Positions 9,249-19,419 of a stretch of 64,000 nucleotides of DNA are shown piece after piece. The position numbers and the translations under genes are program-made. This DNA is from Setoptus koraiensis (lineage: Eukaryota > Animalia > Arthropoda): positions 21,266,001 to 21,330,000 of the forward strand of contig CM106586.1 in the NCBI GenBank assembly GCA_048013815.1. Reading direction: 5' to 3'. Numbering within the stretch: the first letter of the stretch is position 1; each line of letters starts with the position of its first letter. The notes under the pieces were generated by a model. The model was not told where the DNA came from, did not search any database, and saw nothing but the letters and a program-made list of their open reading frames with translations.

Positions 9249-10523
9249 CTAAGATCTCGTCGAGGAATATCTCTTTAAAGTTAGGTAGGGCTCCAGTTTT
9301 AGAACTCTATTGGCTATATTACAGGTTAGTTCGACAGATGAATCCTCCTGAGCAGTGTCAATCAGAATTTCGAGCTTTTCGAGTTCAGGAAAAATAGATA
9401 CCAAATTGAGAGGATCCTTATTCCTTCCAATAATCTGCTTTAGTTCTTTCAAGCTGGGCTTGACCTGTATTTTATCTAAGATACTTTGCATTTCAGAGCG
9501 TCTATGAGTATCACCATAGAGTATTTTTGACCAGTGTTCTGGGGTCATCCTTATAGGATCAGGCGAATGAGATGAGATATTTTTATGATTTGTGGCTAAT
9601 CTGATGACATTTTGATTGTAGTGATGGCGAAATTCTTCAAGGCTCCTTATGTCACGACTCAAGCGTAATTTGGACTTATCTGTTGGGGATGTTTGCGTTA
9701 TTTCGAAACAATCTAAATTGTATAATAGCTGAAACATTTTCTTGACAGTTGTTTTAATTTCGGGGAATCGTATATAAGGCTGTCCAGAATGTTCGGAGTA
9801 GAACTTTTGAAAGTGAAGGTTAATTGCTTTACGCTCGTATGCGATTCTTTTGCCGTTACTCTCTTGGCTCATGACGACCCATAATTGATTGATTATTTGC
9901 TCTTGAATTTTTGGATGGGGTATAGAACAACCTTTAGGCTTACTAAGAAAACTTCTGAATTTCTTCTCCTGGGTACTCTTAGAATACTGCGAGTAGACAA
10001 GTTCAGTTATAAGACGTTCATAAATAGAAACTAGACACCTAGCAGTCTCTTTGCGACCCTTGAGAGTTAATGGCTGCGTTTGGATTAAATATCGAATTTT
10101 CCTTTCCATCTGGGGACTAAATTCGCGAGCGCTCTCCAATGAAGAAGGTGGAGGAGCTTTGAGAAGCAGCGAGAATGATATCAGGCAATCGTGCAGACAT
10201 TTGTAGTTATCGATTTGTTGATTTGCTGTTCCTCCAGTGAACACTTGCTCCAAGACTCGATTAATTTGTTTGTTCCAGTCTTCCGTAATAAGTTGTTCTC
10301 CAAATCCCAATAAATATAAAAGAGGTAGGTTAGGCGGCAGGTCATGGGGTACTCCCTTGGTACAATTATTTCCGTCAAAGGGGCAGTTATTCTGTTTGTC
10401 GAAACATTTTCTGCAAACACTATGAGTGCAATCTAGGGTTATTGGATAATAGTCGCAGGGATCAAACTTGCTGAAGCATGAAACGCAACAGTCAAAGCTC
10501 CCACTCTTACCTTGATACAACAT
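9249..10523 (-). CDS. Divergent Roquin-like RING + ROQ protein lacking the CCCH finger (424 aa)
   Basis: N-terminal C3HC4 RING ending CPFD; ROQ-like motifs MERKIRYLI, ERLITEL, QLLYNLDCFEI and RMTPEHWSKILYGDTHRRSEMQSILDKIQ. Confidence 0.85.
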   Translation of the reverse strand: MLYQGKSGSFDCCVSCFSKFDPCDYYPITLDCTHSVCRKCFDKQNNCPFDGNNCTKGVPHDLPPNLPLLYLLGFGEQLITEDWNKQINRVLEQVFTGGTANQQIDNYKCLHDCLISFSLLLKAPPPSSLESAREFSPQMERKIRYLIQTQPLTLKGRKETARCLVSIYERLITELVYSQYSKSTQEKKFRSFLSKPKGCSIPHPKIQEQIINQLWVVMSQESNGKRIAYERKAINLHFQKFYSEHSGQPYIRFPEIKTTVKKMFQLLYNLDCFEITQTSPTDKSKLRLSRDIRSLEEFRHHYNQNVIRLATNHKNISSHSPDPIRMTPEHWSKILYGDTHRRSEMQSILDKIQVKPSLKELKQIIGRNKDPLNLVSIFPELEKLEILIDTAQEDSSVELTCNIANRVLKLEPYLTLKRYSSTRS

Positions 10524-10532
10524 ATTCAGGAT

Positions 10533-12732
10533 GTTCTAATATTCGTTCCTGAAAATTAGTCAATCAATGAGACTTCCATGCAGTGAAGAATGACGGTTTG
10601 TCATAAACTGGAAACAGCTGATACCTGCCTAAGGACTACGAAAGCGCGCAGCTTGGGACAGTTCAGTTGGAATGTGTCCCAAACATTCAACGAAATGGCT
10701 GGTGGAATATCGGAAACAGATGTGATGATAGCGGAAGTGGAACATTCCCCGTTCGACCATAATTGAAATAAGTAGGAAGAAATGATCAATGATAGGACTA
10801 GAGCTGAGACATAGAGGTTTGTTCTTAAGAAGAAGAAGAAGAAGAAAGACAAAAAGTGACAATGTATTGTACAATGGTTTGCATTTGGATTCTGTTTCGT
10901 TAAACATTAGTTGCAGTCCTAGAGGACACTTTATTCATTATCACTTTTGTTTCATTTAGTGATAGCTAATTCCAAATTGTTCGCTTGTTGCTCAAGTTGT
11001 TGGGCCACTCATGATGATGATGATGATGTTACTGTTATTGTGCTCTGCTGTTGCGCGCTGAGAATTGCTCGAATCGTTCTATAGTTTTATCTATTGATTT
11101 TTCTTTTAAATCTTCTCCATCAATTTTTTACATCCATTGGTGGTCTTCGAGGTGGTCCTCTAGGTGGCCCTCGGTATCTGTAGCCTCCACGGCGATAATT
11201 GGCAACCACTCCAAACGTTTCAGCATTGATCTGCCTCTCTTTTCTCCAATCAACTTTATTCACTTTACCTTGGCCTCTCTCTAAAGCTTCACAGCTTATA
11301 CTATCAAAGAACGACTTGGTTTTGTCGTAGAATTCAAAGGTTCCATTGTTTTCTTCATTGCCTCCGCCTAGCTTACTTGTCTCTTCACTATTATCAGATT
11401 CATCTTCTGTATTAGTATCCTTATCAGTGTTGTTGCTGGTAACTTTTAAATTCTTCAATTTATCTTCCAACTCTTGGAACTCTTGATTAGCCTTGTCGAA
11501 ATCATACTCTCTCTCAAATTTGAGATTTTCTCTTGGACCAGGCGGTGGACCACGGCGATAATTGTTGTTTGGAGGACCACGTCTATAGTTGTTGACATTG
11601 CCATTGTTGTTAAATCGATGATGATTGTCACCACGACGGTCATCACGACGATAATCACGACGGTCGTCACGGCGATCATCTCGACGATCATCACGTCGAT
11701 CCATTCTACGGTCATCGCGGCGGTCGTCGCGACGATCATCTCGGCGCTCAGGTCGTCTATCATCAGAACGTCTGTCCATGCGAGGATGATGTTCTCGGCG
11801 ATCCATGCGTCGGTCATCGTTACGATGGTCATTTCTTCTGTCGTCTCGGCGGTCATCACGGCGTTCGGTAAAACGATCATCGCGTCTGTCGCTTATTGGA
11901 CGCGGCCTATTGTCGTCGCGACGATCATCACGGCGATCGTCTCGACGGTCATCTCGGCGATCTTCACGACGATCATCATGACGATCATAGCGACGGTAGT
12001 ATCCATTGCTTGTATTGTTGCTGTGGTCGACAATTTTCTCTCCAGCTGATAATGTTGAGCTTAAATTAGTGCCTTCTGGGCTTCTTCTTGCAACTAATGG
12101 TACTGTTTTGTTTGATGTAGGTTGCTGGCCAGTTGTAGCAAGAGATGGTATTAGTGGAGGTTGTTGTTGTTGTTGTTGTTGTTGTTGCTGCTGTTGATCA
12201 TTACGTGGTGGTAGAAGTAGTGGGTTACGTTGCTTGTCAGTACTATCTGAGTGTTTAGCTTGTATAATGGCAGGATCAGAGAGACCAGGTGGCTCGGGGG
12301 CGTCAACTCTTAGGTCTTTAACATCACTTGCGCGGAAGATAATATAATCATAAACTTGATCCTTAACGGGAATGAAACCTTGGCCTGTTACTCTGTCCTC
12401 TGTGCCCATAGATCTGACTTTGGATAGGGCTATTGTGGATTCTTTGGGGTCTATTGAATAGAGAGTTCCTTCGTAACGAATGTCGCATTTTGAGATTAAA
12501 CTAATCTTACAACCCAAAAATGGTACATCAGACATGTTGAAATAGAATTAATTTTAATGTCTTTCAATTATTGTAGATGGCTATATATTCTAGATAATTT
12601 TTTACTCGATATGTATGAATTTATTGTGTTCTCTCGTGTGGGTGTACGCTGGGATTTCTTCACGATTCTAGTCGAGAACTCATACTACTCATGTTCTGAA
12701 GCGTGGTGACGGTACTGCTGTTAATTAAATGG
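10533..12732 (-). repeat. Left arm of a ~2.2-kb inverted duplication
   Basis: Reverse complement of ~14117-16335; differs at microsatellite lengths and a few SNPs, more so towards the edges. Confidence 0.95.
11120..12535 (-). CDS. LSM14: LSm14/Trailer hitch/RAP55 homologue, copy 1 (471 aa)
   Basis: N-terminal LSm14 domain ([24 protein letters not shown]), DFDF (EYDFDKAN), FFD (KSFFDSISC) and TFG (NAETFG) boxes, and an RG-rich tail. Confidence 0.95.
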   Translation of the reverse strand: MSDVPFLGCKISLISKCDIRYEGTLYSIDPKESTIALSKVRSMGTEDRVTGQGFIPVKDQVYDYIIFRASDVKDLRVDAPEPPGLSDPAIIQAKHSDSTDKQRNPLLLPPRNDQQQQQQQQQQQQPPLIPSLATTGQQPTSNKTVPLVARRSPEGTNLSSTLSAGEKIVDHSNNTSNGYYRRYDRHDDRREDRRDDRRDDRRDDRRDDNRPRPISDRRDDRFTERRDDRRDDRRNDHRNDDRRMDRREHHPRMDRRSDDRRPERRDDRRDDRRDDRRMDRRDDRRDDRRDDRRDYRRDDRRGDNHHRFNNNGNVNNYRRGPPNNNYRRGPPPGPRENLKFEREYDFDKANQEFQELEDKLKNLKVTSNNTDKDTNTEDESDNSEETSKLGGGNEENNGTFEFYDKTKSFFDSISCEALERGQGKVNKVDWRKERQINAETFGVVANYRRGGYRYRGPPRGPPRRPPMDVKN

Positions 12733-14116
12733 TCTGGGATCTACCTCGTTGGCGGCGTGTGAGTCTGTGTGTGTCGTCTCTACAAATTAAGCAATTAGCA
12801 TGGCCTTTTAAATATACAGTAGAGCTACCTAGAATGTCGCCTGCCTAGAAATTTTGCTCAACGCAGTTTTGAACGTTTTCGAGATCAGAGTAATTCATGG
12901 ATAATGATTCGAATGATTTACATGAACGCTACGAAAAATGTGAATAACAATATTCAAATAATTTAAATTTCGTACACGAAATTCCGGGTCCGAAAGGCGA
13001 TGTTCCAAGGGGTGTTTCGATCCAAGGGTCTTTCCTTCAAAAAACACACTGTGCTGCACGAAGCACAGAACGTCTGGTAGATGCTCGAGCGCAGTTTAAG
13101 ACAGCGTTTCCAAAGGTATTGCCTGTGCTATCTGATTGTATTGTATCTCATATGTAGTTTGTGCCAACCTACGATCTGTGCTTATGTAGCATCCACTGAC
13201 CATCTTGAAACATGCACTGTATTAGATATCACACACACTCACACTCACGCTTACACACACTAACTGAGGAGCATTACATGTTCTCCAGTGAGGTGCTTGC
13301 AAGGATGTCGTGCACACTTTTCCGCTCACACACATGCAAACGCTCTGACAGACATACTTATTCACACAATAGAATTTAAAGACACTCACACAGACACACG
13401 CACACAAACCTATAATCAAGTAGTGTGCCAATGCCCATCGTCTCTGTCATAGAAACACACTTACTCACACACACACACACACGCACACATTGTGCTGTTC
13501 ATATTTCTATATCATGTGCCTATTGCGTTAGTTGTGCCTCTCGATTATACAGTGGAAGTTATACAACTAGCATCCACATTGTCTAGTTTCTGATGCCCGC
13601 GATGCCCGGCGCATTGCACAGATTGTTTGCTAGTGGCTTTCTATGGTGTGTCGAAAGAATGTATATAGATGAAGATGAACCACTGAAGGTAAGCAAAGGG
13701 TGTTATGAGAGCAAACGTCTCGTGTACATTATCCAACTTTCTGTATTCACCTTGGACAAGACACTTTGGCACATTGCTTCGAAAACTGCTGCTCGTCAGC
13801 TCACTTCTAGATAATCTCTAAAGAGGGCGTTATAGACATCAAAAACCTATTTGTTCTATGGCGTGCGAAGCATAACAAAATTTGTTTCACAATGGAACTA
13901 GCGCCTCTATCGTGCAGAGTGTAAAACTACAATTGTGATTGTTACTTTCAAGGCGCAAAAACATTTGATCATGATACAATATATGTGCGAATCTACTATC
14001 ACCAATTCTTACGTCGCACTCGAACCTCATTTTCTAGCCAAAGATTGGCTATAAAGATAGCTATCTTAGACTCAAAGATGGATATTGATTGTACCTGAAT
14101 CACAAGTATAAAAGGG

Positions 14117-16335
14117 CCATTTAATTATTAGCAGTTTCGTAGTCACGCTACAGAATAAAAGTAGTATAAGTTCTCGACTAGAATCGTGAAGAAATCCCAG
14201 AGTACACCCACACGAGAGAACACAATAAATTCATACATATCGAGTAAAAAATTATCTAGAATATATAGCCATCTACAGTAATTGAGAGACATTAAAATTA
14301 ATTCTATTTCAACATGTCTGATGTACCATTTTTGGGTTGTAAGATTAGTTTAATCTCAAAATGCGACATTCGTTACGAAGGAACTCTCTATTCAATAGAC
14401 CCCAAAGAATCCACAATAGCCCTATCCAAAGTCAGATCTATGGGCACAGAGGACAGAGTAACAGGCCAAGGTTTCATTCCCGTTAAGGATCAAGTTTATG
14501 ATTATATTATCTTCCGCGCAAGTGATGTTAAAGACCTAAGAGTTGACGCCCCCGAGCCACCTGGTCTCTCTGATCCTGCCATTATACAAGCTAAACACTC
14601 AGATAGTACTGACAAGCAACGTAACCCACTACTTCTACCACCACGTAATGATCAACAGCAGCAACAACAACAACAACAACAACAACCTCCACTAATACCA
14701 TCTCTTGCTACAACTGGCCAGCAACCTACATCAAACAAAACAGTACCATTAGTTGCAAGAAGAAGCCCAGAAGGCACTAATTTAAGCTCAACATTATCAG
14801 CTGGAGAGAAAATTGTCGACCACAGCAACAATACAAGCAATGGATACTACCGTCGCTATGATCGTCATGATGATCGTCGTGAAGATCGCCGAGATGACCG
14901 TCGAGACGATCGCCGTGATGATCGTCGCGATGACAATAGGCCGCGTCCAATAAGCGACAGACGCGATGATCGTTTTACCGAACGCCGTGATGACCGCCGA
15001 GACGACAGAAGAAATGACCATCGTAACGATGACCGACGCATGGATCGCCGAGAACATCATCCTCGCATGGACAGACGTTCTGATGATAGACGACCTGAGC
15101 GCCGAGATGATCGTCGCGACGACCGCCGCGATGACCGTAGAATGGATCGACGTGATGATCGTCGAGATGATCGCCGTGACGACCGTCGTGATTATCGTCG
15201 TGATGACCGTCGTGGTGACAATCATCATCGATTTAACAACAATGGCAATGTCAACAACTATAGACGTGGTCCTCCAAACAACAATTATCGCCGTGGTCCA
15301 CCGCCTGGTCCAAGAGAAAATCTCAAATTTGAGAGAGAGTATGATTTCGACAAGGCTAATCAAGAGTTCCAAGAGTTGGAAGATAAATTGAAGAATTTAA
15401 AAGTTACCAGCAACAACACTGATAAGGATACTAATACAGAAGATGAATCTGATAATAGTGAAGAGACAAGTAAGCTAGGCGGAGGCAATGAAGAAAACAA
15501 TGGAACCTTTGAATTCTACGACAAAACCAAGTCGTTCTTTGATAGTATAAGCTGTGAAGCTTTAGAGAGAGGCCAAGGTAAAGTGAATAAAGTTGATTGG
15601 AGAAAAGAGAGGCAGATCAATGCTGAAACGTTTGGAGTGGTTGCCAATTATCGCCGTGGAGGCTACAGATACCGAGGGCCACCTAGAGGACCACCTCGAA
15701 GACCACCAATGGATGTAAAAAATTGATGGAGAAGATTTAAAAGAAAAATCAATAGATAAAACTATAGAACGATTCGAGCAATTCTCAGCGCGCAACAGCA
15801 GAGCACAATAACAGTAACATCATCATCATCATCATGAGTGGCCCAACAACTTGAGCAACAAGCGAACAATTTGGAATTAGCTATCACTAAATGAAACAAA
15901 AGTGATAATGAATAAAGTGTCCTCTAGGACTGCAACTAATGTTTAACGAAACAGAATCCAAATGCAAACCATTGTACAATACATTGTCACTTTTTGTCTT
16001 TCTTCTTCTTCTTCTTCTTCTTCTTAAGAACAAACCTCTATGTCTCAGCTCTAGTCCTATCATTGATCATTTCTTCCTACTTATTTCAATTATGGTCGAA
16101 CGGGGAATGTTCCACTTCCGCTATCATCACATCTGTTTCCGATATTCCACCAGCCATTTCGTTGAATGTTTGGGACACATTCCAACTGAACTGTCCCAAG
16201 CTGCGCGCTTTTGTAGTCCTTAGGCAGGTATCAGCTGTTTCCAGTTTATGACAAACCGTCATTCTTCACTGCATGGAAGTCTCATTGATTGACTTCATTA
16301 TCATTATTTTCAGGAACAAATATTGAAACAAGAAA
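14117..16335 (+). repeat. Right arm of the inverted duplication
   Basis: See left arm. Confidence 0.95.
14314..15726 (+). CDS. LSM14: LSm14 homologue, copy 2 (470 aa)
   Basis: Identical protein to copy 1 except one Q fewer in the poly-Q tract. Confidence 0.95.
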   Translation: MSDVPFLGCKISLISKCDIRYEGTLYSIDPKESTIALSKVRSMGTEDRVTGQGFIPVKDQVYDYIIFRASDVKDLRVDAPEPPGLSDPAIIQAKHSDSTDKQRNPLLLPPRNDQQQQQQQQQQQPPLIPSLATTGQQPTSNKTVPLVARRSPEGTNLSSTLSAGEKIVDHSNNTSNGYYRRYDRHDDRREDRRDDRRDDRRDDRRDDNRPRPISDRRDDRFTERRDDRRDDRRNDHRNDDRRMDRREHHPRMDRRSDDRRPERRDDRRDDRRDDRRMDRRDDRRDDRRDDRRDYRRDDRRGDNHHRFNNNGNVNNYRRGPPNNNYRRGPPPGPRENLKFEREYDFDKANQEFQELEDKLKNLKVTSNNTDKDTNTEDESDNSEETSKLGGGNEENNGTFEFYDKTKSFFDSISCEALERGQGKVNKVDWRKERQINAETFGVVANYRRGGYRYRGPPRGPPRRPPMDVKN

Positions 16336-16336
16336 C

Positions 16337-16890
16337 ATGAAACGCAAAGGTCGAGCCAACATCCAAGTTGGTAAGCCTGAATTGCCTCCGTTCCTCAAGA
16401 GGCTTAGGGAGCAGATTGTGACAAATGAGACGACCATTGAAGATAAATCCAGGAAACTGCGGAAGGCCGATGAGCGCGATTTTGAAGATCGTAAGGACGA
16501 GGCACCAACAATTGTTCGATTGAAAGACGGTGACATCTCTGAAGAAGATTACAAGAGACTGAAAGAAGGTAAGAACTACACATTTTCGATGACTGATATA
16601 TATCTGCTTCGAACAACGAATTTATTGATCAGTGGGACTCTTTTGTTTCTCTTTTTATGTATGTAGAGGCAGAGGAGAAAATGATCTTAGAAGGTAGAAT
16701 AAAATTTCGTTCCAGCGAATCTAAAGGTGAGAGTTCAAGCAAGTCGGATAGCCAATCAACCAGCAAGGCCCACAGGAAAGAACATGAACTCAGGAAGAAA
16801 CTAGAGGCTCAATTGAAAACTATCGATAGTCCCGCAGTGAACAAGACAAAACCTAGTAGAAAGCTGTTATCTTTTGATGATGACGACTGA
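16337..16890 (+). CDS. KIAA1143: KIAA1143/DUF4604-family protein; exons 16337-16568 and 16667-16890
   Basis: KPELPPFLKRLRE, EAPTIVRLKDGDISEED, GRIKFR and the terminal LLSFDDDD match the family. A GTAAGA...TAG intron joins the two ORFs in frame. A probable 5'UTR intron lies at ~16229-16312. Confidence 0.85.
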
Positions 16891-17346
16891 TTGAAATCAT
16901 CATGGGTGTGTTTATATTACAGATGGATGATCTCATGCTAAAATTTACAATAAAATCTGCTTATACAAAGAAAGGATGGATCTTTTTGATCAGATTGCAA
17001 TCCGGTCCCATTTTAAGTGAGGGCTGAGGTCCTGACGCAATGGAGTTATTTTTATCTGTTCAAGTGTAGACGAAGAAGATGTATTGGTATTTAATATTGA
17101 GAAAAAGTTTGAGTCTGATTACTGACGTGAGTATATAATTCCGTACTTACTCATTATTTGCTGCTCTGACATGAGCTTTTTCGGCAAACAATTCACCCTC
17201 GGATTTGCGCCATTCGCATAAGCACTGTTCCTCCCCAATGCAGTAACTGTTTTTGGTCTGAGTTAAAAAATGATAGTTTCTGAAAAATGTTAGTTTCCGC
17301 AGTACCTCTCATGTGAAATTGTCAGAGTCAAGATTCGACAGTAGTA

Positions 17347-18999
17347 TTACCTTTGGCTGATGAACTTCGAATATTTAGAACCATCTACTAAGTCTTTATT
17401 GTGACCCTCTGCTAGTTTTCTCTTGTTAGTATCATCAAAACTATAGTCTCCAGTCCAAGTGCCGATAGACTGTTTCCTTAGAGCCACCGCTTGCTGTTCA
17501 TCGATGATATTACGAGGTATCCTAACTGGACTACCAAGAACGACATTCTTGTAGTTCACTTGTGTCTGAGTCGATCTACTTGGATAGATTCTTTCATCAA
17601 CTCTTTCATCCAGATCTATCATAGCTCGTTGCGTGTAATCTTCGTCGGGTGTCATGTCCCTCAAACATCTACGTGCTATACCCTCGCTAAAATTTGCAGC
17701 ATCCAGAGCAAAATCTATCAATTCCTCGCGCGCATTGGAGAATTCCTTCTTCAGCACTTCCCTCAATGAATTTAATTTCTCATTGGTTATGTTCGGTTTT
17801 GGGGGTTTCTTTGTGACATCCAAGGGTTTCAGCAACGCTTTATCTCTGGCCTGAATTTCAGCGGATCTTGCAGCTTGTTGGGCCTTCCTTTGTTGATTCA
17901 AAAGTTTGCGTTTGTTCATTATCGACTCTATGTCACTCTTTTGCATACCTTTGGCCTCAATTTTCTCCATGACACTCTGAGCATTCAATTCGTTCGAGTG
18001 AAGCAAATGAAATATCTCCAGCTCATCGCAATCAGGATACAAGAACTTTAAGTAGCGTAATTTCATCATGACACCATCTTTATCTTCATCGTAATTAAGT
18101 TGCTTTATAGCGTCCTGGGTGCTTGGAGCAAAAGCACTCTCATTCAAGCTAGACGACTCCACAATGGCGCTTATGATTTCATGCTCAACCTCATTGTGTT
18201 TCACCATGAGATTTTTAATATAAGATTCGTCTTTACCAGGAAAATAGCCCATCAATTTCTCGAATAGTTTCTTGCTTGCAGGTCTAGTCACAATAAGTGC
18301 AGTCGGATCAACGGTACCCGTCACTGGCAAGCGACGATCACCAGCTCTCCTATAGCCCTGGGAAATCAATGATGCAATAATTAATTTCTCCCTATGATGA
18401 TATGTTCTAGTCATACTGATTACTAAGGCCTCAGGTGCGGTGGGAAACATCTTGCATAGTCGCAGCATCATTTCAAGTTCATCGGAGCTACTTTCGCTAG
18501 TTGGTTTTGCTTTGGTTTTAAGAATTTTAGCAGCCGTATTGTTGGCCACTTGTTCAGCCAGAGCCGATAACATAGACGGAGTGGGAGACGATGGAAAATG
18601 ATAGCCCAGAGGGCATTTGTAAGATTCGTTTATCGGCTGTTCATCAGTATCGGATGGCAAATGGTCTTCGTGCTTTTTCGTCTGGTCATCATGACAAGAT
18701 AGCTCCGGACGGACTGCAGTGTCTGAATCACTGGTAGTGGTTGATTCTTTGCGGAAGAAGTGATAATTTTTACTTTTTACATCATATTCACATTTCCAGC
18801 CTTTTGGCAGAACATGATGATGCTTGCTCATAGGCGAGGCGACATCTCGATCTCGCAACGAGTCACTTTCGAGTGGCTCTACATCCAATGAACTGTTATC
18901 TGGACTTGAAATGGTTGTTGATGGAGTTGTCTCTGATGAGCTGTCATCCTTGTCCGAGGCCTCATTAAACGTTGTCGACTTGGATGACATGGCAGTCAA
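17347..18999 (-). CDS. Uncharacterised protein with a WW-like motif and about four CUE/UBA-like repeats; 3' end possibly spliced
   Basis: 550-aa ORF. LPKGWKCEYD..NYHFF is WW-like; repeats such as LCKMFP, LMGYFP, LKFLYP and LKKEFS are each followed by a helical segment. A possible donor AG|GTAAT overlaps the stop. Confidence 0.7.
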   Translation of the reverse strand: MTAMSSKSTTFNEASDKDDSSSETTPSTTISSPDNSSLDVEPLESDSLRDRDVASPMSKHHHVLPKGWKCEYDVKSKNYHFFRKESTTTSDSDTAVRPELSCHDDQTKKHEDHLPSDTDEQPINESYKCPLGYHFPSSPTPSMLSALAEQVANNTAAKILKTKAKPTSESSSDELEMMLRLCKMFPTAPEALVISMTRTYHHREKLIIASLISQGYRRAGDRRLPVTGTVDPTALIVTRPASKKLFEKLMGYFPGKDESYIKNLMVKHNEVEHEIISAIVESSSLNESAFAPSTQDAIKQLNYDEDKDGVMMKLRYLKFLYPDCDELEIFHLLHSNELNAQSVMEKIEAKGMQKSDIESIMNKRKLLNQQRKAQQAARSAEIQARDKALLKPLDVTKKPPKPNITNEKLNSLREVLKKEFSNAREELIDFALDAANFSEGIARRCLRDMTPDEDYTQRAMIDLDERVDERIYPSRSTQTQVNYKNVVLGSPVRIPRNIIDEQQAVALRKQSIGTWTGDYSFDDTNKRKLAEGHNKDLVDGSKYSKFISQR

Positions 19000-19419
19000 T
19001 TATCTTTTACCTAATGAATTGAAATTTATACGGCGATATAAAAATAAATATCTAGGATATAATAATATCGTGTAATATCGTATGATGCTGTTATCTCACT
19101 TAATATCAACCTCTGAAGAGCTTCTATGTGGCGCTGGCGCGACTCCACCGAACAAGTAGCTCCGGATCATGCGCGCATTGCGCCCGATATCGCGGATGAC
19201 ACCGCGAAGGAACTAGGAGGGGGCCCCAAACAACAACATTCCGGCAGCAACGTCGCAACTGAGAGTTGCAGATGCCATAGGTATCGCGTAGAGCCTCGAA
19301 ATAGTTGCGAATAAATTAAATTAAGCTGCCAACCACAGCTGTGAAACTATTTGGTCTCAAGATTGAATTGCTGATGTCGCGGTCGGAATTGAACATCCTA
19401 AGGAAGGAGCCCCGACCAA

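Noticed and set aside
10601-10907. ORFs in the outer inverted-repeat arm (also 15939..16251)
   Set aside because: They begin in or run through a (TTC)n tract in LSm14 3'-flank / KIAA1143 5' DNA and have no motifs.
11474-12049. Hydrophobic I/V/T-rich ORFs antisense to LSm14
   Set aside because: Shadow frames of the DDRR codon repeat.
12794-12805. ATTAGCATGGCC match to U6 snRNA
   Set aside because: Only 12 nt; the flanking sequence does not match U6.
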